From a virus (taxonomy: Duplodnaviria; Heunggongvirae; Uroviricota; Caudoviricetes), in IMG/VR virus record IMGVR_UViG_3300013288_000004, positions 1-63,359 of that record: DNA of 63,359 nucleotides; one strand, given 5' to 3'. The notes under the pieces were generated by a model. The model was not told where the DNA came from and ran no database searches. It saw only the letters and a list, made by a program, of their open reading frames with translations. Both the position numbers and the translations under genes were made by a program. Below are positions 57,942-63,359 of this stretch, piece by piece (within the stretch, counting starts at the first letter, position 1; each line of letters opens with the position of its first letter).

Positions 57942-59240
57942 TTACGCTTCGTCTTCTAAGTTAGTTTCGCCGCTATCCAACTGTTTCGTTTCTCTTTCTT
58001 GGAAAGCGAACGATTTTAATTTTAATGGACGGAAAACGTTGCCATCATTTTGAATAATTACAACACCTTCTTCTGGAACTTTATTCTTACACATATAACA
58101 CTGTTTTTCTGTAAAGTCCTTCTTCATAAGTTCTAGAAACGTTTCTGAGAATTTTTCATCGTTCGCAATGTCATATTTTTCTTTTACTTTTCCATAAAAG
58201 AATGTTGGAACCATTTTCAATCCGTACTTAGTACAATATGCAACGATTTGGTCATGGTTAAATTCAAAAACTTTTCCAGATGGAGAAGTGTAGTAAATAC
58301 GATATACATACAATTCGCATGTACCTTGTTCTTGACCATAGTCATAACCTTTTTGAATCCATCCACCCTGTTTAGTATAGCCAACAATCTCACCATTTAT
58401 ACTGATACCATCTTGCAAACTATCTCGATAACGTTGTGCAATGTCACCCCAAACGTCATCAGTGAACTCAGAATGCCTATCGAATAGGTTGTTCTTAATT
58501 ACACTTCTGCTAGCGTAAACAAGGTCGTACTGAGTGTCAACAATGTTGATACCAAACTTTTTCAACATTTTTTCAACCCACGAAAGTTTCTTTTTAACAA
58601 GTACGCGACCCATACTAAAATTACAACCGTGCATCTTGTAAGAAATACTGATCTTACTGTCTGGTGTAAATGTGTGGACGTTCTTCTTGAAATGGTCCGT
58701 ATCCTGAGACAAAGCATATTGTCCTTCAATCAAACGAGATTCGGATTTCTTCTTACCTTTTGGAGTCTTGTTACCAAGACCTTGCTGGTTTCGAACATTC
58801 AACTTGTATTTGTTACAAATGTGTATGCCACCAACAGTATCGAACTCTTCATTGATAGAATCTTCAAAAGAGAAAGAAATACCCTTAGTAGCCAACCATT
58901 CTTGTAATGAAGAGGCTGGCACGATGTAGCCTTCTGACTTCTCACCACGCAATTTTGTACAACGAACTCTACAATTTTCGGCAAAATAAGATTTTACTGT
59001 AGTATCTTTGTTAAGAGTACTGTCAGCGAATGAGTTTGTATCGCGAAGAAATTCGGAGTTGATCTGCGATTCTAATGGAAAATAGACGACGATATCACCA
59101 TCTTTTGCACCAGAACCAGTGATAACATTGTTACCATCGATTGCAACACATTGTAGACGATCAGCATTTGTGTGTTTGCGGACGTTGTGTAATTTAACTA
59201 CCTTGGCTAGATAGTTACTCTTTTCTTTAATTGAAAGCAT
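57942..59240 (-). CDS. RNA ligase (Rnl2/DRB0094-like) with an N-terminal tRNA-binding OB-like domain
   Basis: VRKHTNADRL, LRGEKSEG, motif I YKMHGCN, YASR, NGEIVG, EGVVI, KLKS. Confidence 0.88.
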   Translation of the reverse strand: MLSIKEKSNYLAKVVKLHNVRKHTNADRLQCVAIDGNNVITGSGAKDGDIVVYFPLESQINSEFLRDTNSFADSTLNKDTTVKSYFAENCRVRCTKLRGEKSEGYIVPASSLQEWLATKGISFSFEDSINEEFDTVGGIHICNKYKLNVRNQQGLGNKTPKGKKKSESRLIEGQYALSQDTDHFKKNVHTFTPDSKISISYKMHGCNFSMGRVLVKKKLSWVEKMLKKFGINIVDTQYDLVYASRSVIKNNLFDRHSEFTDDVWGDIAQRYRDSLQDGISINGEIVGYTKQGGWIQKGYDYGQEQGTCELYVYRIYYTSPSGKVFEFNHDQIVAYCTKYGLKMVPTFFYGKVKEKYDIANDEKFSETFLELMKKDFTEKQCYMCKNKVPEEGVVIIQNDGNVFRPLKLKSFAFQERETKQLDSGETNLEDEA

Positions 59241-59285
59241 TTGAATTCTCCAAAATCAACTATTTGAGTGAAGAATGGTATATGA

Positions 59286-59747
59286 TTACGCGGCCTTTGT
59301 CAACTTCTTTGAGGTTTGTATGAATGTTTTACCAGAAAGGTGCTCACATTCATGTTGGACACACACAGCTTCTATACCGGAGAATGATCGTTGTATATTA
59401 TTACCGCATACATCCCTATACGATACGTCGATGATGTTAGCGCGTAATGTTTCTATGTGAATTTTTGGAAAAGACAAGCACCCTTCAGTAAATTTAATAG
59501 TACCTTCTGAAGAAATTATGGTCGGATTAATTAGACATATAGGCTCTGATATATTCATTACCATTATTTGTTTATGAATGTCAACCTGTGTTCCAGCTAA
59601 TCCTATACCCTTATTGGCTTTCATAGTTTCGAACATGTTTTGTACAGTTAAATACAATCCCATATCACTGTCGAATTCGTATTCTTCGACAGGAATGGCA
59701 ACATTATATAATCTTTTATCAGGATGTTTTAGGATCGGAAGAATCAT
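59286..59747 (-). CDS. def: Peptide deformylase
   Basis: GIGLAG.Q, EGCLS, QHECEHL.G. Confidence 0.93.
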   Translation of the reverse strand: MILPILKHPDKRLYNVAIPVEEYEFDSDMGLYLTVQNMFETMKANKGIGLAGTQVDIHKQIMVMNISEPICLINPTIISSEGTIKFTEGCLSFPKIHIETLRANIIDVSYRDVCGNNIQRSFSGIEAVCVQHECEHLSGKTFIQTSKKLTKAA

Positions 59748-59943
59748 TTGTTTTGGCCTTTAGATTCTTTATATATGATGTGGCTTGTCTGATGACAGCT
59801 TCATTAAGATTACCATCAACTATTCTAACTGTAGGATAGTCCATTTCAGCATTGAGTTCGCAGATAGCTTGTAAAAGTTGTTTTTCTTTTTGTTTGTTCA
59901 TATCATTAATCTCAGTCGATGATTTGTTTTTACATACTATCAT
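59719..59943 (-). CDS. Small hypothetical protein
   Basis: Short ORF downstream of a TTGACC-17 nt-TAGTAT promoter (minus); true start probably 59901. Confidence 0.5.
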   Translation of the reverse strand: MIVCKNKSSTEINDMNKQKEKQLLQAICELNAEMDYPTVRIVDGNLNEAVIRQATSYIKNLKAKTNDSSDPKTS

Positions 59944-59958
59944 TGATTTTTTAGCTGG

Positions 59959-60042
59959 TCAAGTTTGTATTATGTAACCCGGTCCGTAGACAGAGTTTGG
60001 TGCGTATCGTAAATCTGTTGTATAAAAACCCGCTGTACTCAT
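59959..60042 (-). CDS. Candidate 27-aa late peptide, not in the ORF track
   Basis: MSTAGFYTTDLRYAPNSVYGPGYIIQT*; AAAGAG RBS-like site and CATAAATA immediately upstream. Confidence 0.45.
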   Translation of the reverse strand: MSTAGFYTTDLRYAPNSVYGPGYIIQT

Positions 60043-60070
60043 TTTATATTCTCTTTTTGTTTATTTATGA

Positions 60071-60481
60071 TTAAAATAAAGAATCTTGTTCTGGTTTTGT
60101 TTGTTGTTTTTGTTTTGGTTGTTTTATAATTTGTAATAACTCTTCGCGTGAAATTTCTTTCTGAGAGGTTTGATCCACTACTATGTTCCCACGGTTTTCG
60201 CGTCTTGTTGCGACTATTGCTGCCTGTTGAAGATCATCATACGATAAACCTAAAGGCGTTACCAAATATCTGTTCGAAGATTCTCCAATTCTTTTGCCTT
60301 TATAAAAAGAATCATCCAACTCTGTTCCTAGAACTTGAGCTAGCAATTCTCGTATAGCCTGATAATTCTTTTGATTGAGATATTTTTTGAATAGTAATTT
60401 TTGTTCTGGCGTTGCTGCACGTTGAAATTTATGGAATTCCATAAATCCCAAATTACCATTGTATGTAGCTTCTAATATCAT
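60071..60481 (-). CDS. Hypothetical late protein (N-terminus MILEA)
   Basis: Y.GNLGFMEF..F motif; minus-strand TAAATA at 60502-60507 supports the start at 60481. Confidence 0.6.
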   Translation of the reverse strand: MILEATYNGNLGFMEFHKFQRAATPEQKLLFKKYLNQKNYQAIRELLAQVLGTELDDSFYKGKRIGESSNRYLVTPLGLSYDDLQQAAIVATRRENRGNIVVDQTSQKEISREELLQIIKQPKQKQQTKPEQDSLF

Positions 60482-60573
60482 TATAAATGTTCCATTTAAT
60501 CTATTTATTGAGTTTAGTGAATTGACAAAGTTAAAAATGAATGTTAGTGTAATAGTATTACTGGAAATCATTT

Positions 60574-60993
60574 ATGAATTTTAAAAATTTAGATTTACAA
60601 TTCGATTCAACTATAAAATATAAAATTTATAAAGTCGATATAAAGAATAGAAATAAAAACATTATAAATGAATATTTTTTTGCTGTGGTGGAAAAATTTT
60701 ATCACTTACATCAAGATCAGATTCCATTTATTCCGTATTCACAATTTGAAGCTATGTCGAAGTCCAAACCAATTTACCATTATGTGCTGGATCGTGGAGG
60801 ACGATTAGAAATTATGGATAATTCTAGTGAAAAGACTATAGAGCACAGATTACAAGTACAATCAGTAAATAATATAGATTTATGGCTGTCAGAAACTGAA
60901 GAATCTGCTGTAGAAAAAATAAAAGAAGCGTATGAACATTATATGAACAATGTTCCACATGATGTAAACATATACTTATTTACTGAACGGTGA
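60574..60993 (+). CDS. Hypothetical protein
   Basis: 139-aa ORF; TTGACA upstream at 60522. Confidence 0.55.
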   Translation: MNFKNLDLQFDSTIKYKIYKVDIKNRNKNIINEYFFAVVEKFYHLHQDQIPFIPYSQFEAMSKSKPIYHYVLDRGGRLEIMDNSSEKTIEHRLQVQSVNNIDLWLSETEESAVEKIKEAYEHYMNNVPHDVNIYLFTER

Positions 60994-61025
60994 TTTTTCT
61001 GTGAAATTGGTCGGCATATACAAAT

Positions 61026-61913
61026 TTATTTTCCTAAATTGTCCATGAGTTCTTGATATACTAATTTCAAGTATCTATTATATACTTTTTTGATTTTTGG
61101 ATCTTGTCTATTTGGAAAATACGAACCCACTCTATCTTTGACGGCATCTTGTATGTCCTGACGAGAAATATTTTTACCTTGCATACTTCTTAATATATTT
61201 GAAACTATGTCATGTGCAAATGCAGCTATTTCCTGTGGGCTTGAATAATACAAATGGTCATCTTCACTAGATTTTTTAGCCATTGCGGTTTGAAATTTTT
61301 CAGTATCTTTTTCTAGGTAACTTCTATATTCTGTTTTGTCACGGTGAGACTGTTTCAAATGTTGAACGACATGGACCAACTCATGCACAAACACTTGTAC
61401 CATTTCTTCTAAGGATGGAATTTGTGATATATCAAACCTGTCATCAACATCATCACCCGTTATATTAAAAAATTCATTAAACGGATTACCGGATTTAGAC
61501 GCAATATTTGCAACAAATTTTACTAAAGTACGAATAATATTATTTATGAATTTGACATTTATTGTCACCGTAGAACCGATAGCTTGCCCATTGTCCGGGT
61601 CTATAGGTTTGAAAAACACTTTGACTTGCTTATCTATTTCTGGTATATTATTATTGATATGTCTAGCCATGCCTATTCTGAAAATTGAATTAGACTTGGT
61701 TACTAATACCTCATATACTTCCTTGATTAAGAGACTTAAGTTGCCATCATCTGCCGCATTTCTTGCCTCAGTGGATATTTGTTTTTTTACAGATTTAATA
61801 GAATCTATTACTTGTTTACAACATTCGACAGCGCCCATTTCCACAGTTTCATTGTAATGGGACATGCTGATTCGTTCTATCAGAAATTGTGAAAATCTCA
61901 TATTATTGCTCAT
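61026..61913 (-). CDS. Putative zincin metallopeptidase with a capsid-targeting-like N-terminus
   Basis: MRFSQFLIE; HELVH (HExxH); YYSSPQEIAAFA as third-ligand region. Confidence 0.7.
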   Translation of the reverse strand: MSNNMRFSQFLIERISMSHYNETVEMGAVECCKQVIDSIKSVKKQISTEARNAADDGNLSLLIKEVYEVLVTKSNSIFRIGMARHINNNIPEIDKQVKVFFKPIDPDNGQAIGSTVTINVKFINNIIRTLVKFVANIASKSGNPFNEFFNITGDDVDDRFDISQIPSLEEMVQVFVHELVHVVQHLKQSHRDKTEYRSYLEKDTEKFQTAMAKKSSEDDHLYYSSPQEIAAFAHDIVSNILRSMQGKNISRQDIQDAVKDRVGSYFPNRQDPKIKKVYNRYLKLVYQELMDNLGK

Positions 61914-61940
61914 AATTTGTACATATTTATCTGGTTAAGA

Positions 61941-61948
61941 TATAAATA
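61941..61948 (+). promoter_or_regulatory. Exact late promoter TATAAATA, with a divergent TAAATA at 61924-61929 (minus)
   Basis: Back-to-back cores between divergent genes. Confidence 0.7.
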
Positions 61949-61974
61949 ATGAAAATCATATATGGAAAATCGCT

Positions 61975-62463
61975 ATGCAATTTCTAAAATTTTTGTTAGA
62001 GCAAATGGATAATGCACAATCCCTACAAGTTGTCGGAAGTGACAGTGTTGTAAAAATAAATGCGTATGCCGGTAAATACTATCCCGGAACACATTATGAT
62101 CCACCAGAACAGGACGAAGACTATATAACGGACGTCGAAGTAGAGCTTTTAACGATTGATTTTTCTTATGGAGATAAAACATTTTACATAGCATTTCATG
62201 ATTTTACAATTGACATAGATGGAGTTGTTGATCTACGTGACGAATATAAGTTATTTGTTGATACAATAGTTGAATTAGTAAAACATAATAAATTTGAATG
62301 TAGAGACGTAGAAACTGATGAAGTATTACCATTATCAGGACAACAAAAAAATGAGCTGATGCAATTTATGCAAACTGATAAAAAGTTCGTTTCTGCTATA
62401 ATGTCAGAATTAGCTAATGAAGATAGAATACAATATTCTAAACCGCCAACTCAATATGATTAA
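61975..62463 (+). CDS. Hypothetical acidic late protein (N-terminus MQFLKFLLE)
   Basis: 162-aa ORF after the late promoter. Confidence 0.6.
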   Translation: MQFLKFLLEQMDNAQSLQVVGSDSVVKINAYAGKYYPGTHYDPPEQDEDYITDVEVELLTIDFSYGDKTFYIAFHDFTIDIDGVVDLRDEYKLFVDTIVELVKHNKFECRDVETDEVLPLSGQQKNELMQFMQTDKKFVSAIMSELANEDRIQYSKPPTQYD

Positions 62464-62465
62464 TC

Positions 62466-63074
62466 ATGTTCAATGAACTGCTAATAGGTATATTTTTATT
62501 CGTAAACATTCTTGGCGCTCCAGTTCCGGTTAATACCGGAGTATGTTTGAATGAACAAGAATACGAATTGGCTAATCTTGTAAACGAATACAGAGTTGAG
62601 AATGGTAAAGCGGCATTACCAATAAGTTTTTGGTTATCTTCCACTGGGCAATGGCATGTCTGGGATAGAGTTGCAAATAATGCCGTTGGTGGTATATGCA
62701 ATACGCACAGTTGGTCTGATGCCATGCCACAACTATGGCAAGCGGTATGCTATACGTCAGATCACGCGCAAGCACAACAAATGTGGAGAAAACCGTTTCA
62801 AATCTCTGGTGGAATATACACCGGAAATGGTTTTGAAAATGCCGCAGACTCTTTCAATCAAACTGCACAACACGCATTAGATCAGTGGAAAAACAGTCCA
62901 GCACATAATGCTGTTATATTACAACAAGGACAGTGGGCTAGCGTACCATTTAGTGGTCTCGGAGTCGGTCTGATAGACAATTATGCCGTATTGTGGTTCG
63001 GAGACAGAGTTGATCCCAGTGGCACTATGACTATTTGCCCACAAGAAAACATATTTAACAATGGATTTGAATAA
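62466..63074 (+). CDS. Secreted CAP/SCP-domain protein with a C-terminal IFxxGFE motif
   Basis: Signal-like N-terminus, LVNEYR..NG, HSWS, GFEN, WKNSPAHNAVIL, GLGVG, WFG; ends ENIFNNGFE. Confidence 0.88.
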   Translation: MFNELLIGIFLFVNILGAPVPVNTGVCLNEQEYELANLVNEYRVENGKAALPISFWLSSTGQWHVWDRVANNAVGGICNTHSWSDAMPQLWQAVCYTSDHAQAQQMWRKPFQISGGIYTGNGFENAADSFNQTAQHALDQWKNSPAHNAVILQQGQWASVPFSGLGVGLIDNYAVLWFGDRVDPSGTMTICPQENIFNNGFE

Positions 63075-63359
63075 ATGTTTTTACGAAATTTACTGTTAGA
63101 ATCAAAACAATCTATTGTTAATTTAGGATTTCCACCAATTATTGCGGCACTGATGAAACAAAAATTCGGTAGTAATGCTTATTTAATATCTAAGTGGTTT
63201 AAGGACTCAGTTTCATATAGGCCGATGGACAATTGGTGGAAAGAGGCAACAGAACGGGTCGGATCGTGGTATGGCGATTTATACGGCCCAACATTATTAT
63301 ATACAGCAGCAACAACTTCGCCACAGGCTTATGAAAAAGCCTGCAAATATTTAGGAATT
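63075..63359 (+). CDS. 5' part of a hypothetical protein (N-terminus MFLRNLLLE) running off the window
   Basis: ATG directly after the TAA at 63074; open to the window end. Confidence 0.65.
   Translation, partial: MFLRNLLLESKQSIVNLGFPPIIAALMKQKFGSNAYLISKWFKDSVSYRPMDNWWKEATERVGSWYGDLYGPTLLYTAATTSPQAYEKACKYLGI

Overview
AT-rich segment of a large T4-like (jumbo-type) myophage genome, standard genetic code. It carries a tail module (gp15-like, sheath, two tube-like genes, gp4-like head completion) with two tandem Hef-like endonucleases inserted in it. Replication and nucleotide genes include PolB, a clamp-like protein, RNase H, intein-containing ThyA and a class II RNR. There are two glycosyltransferase clusters, virion genes with mucin-like (V-T-P-T)n tracts, an RNA-repair set (Ro60/TROVE, RNA ligase, RlaP-like nucleotidyltransferase, tRNA-Gly, a candidate ncRNA), and many small genes with capsid-targeting-like N-termini. 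The two strongest leads are: (1) a putative phage-encoded mucin-type O-glycosylation system, with a tandem GT60 initiator, extension/capping enzymes and Thr/Pro-repeat virion substrates; (2) a 1,560-bp non-autonomous IS607/TnpB element that cleanly splits a pyruvyl-transferase gene and carries a phage late promoter inside an RBS-sequestering hairpin, the control layout of T4 homing endonucleases. All family calls come from motif recognition by eye; no database searches were run.
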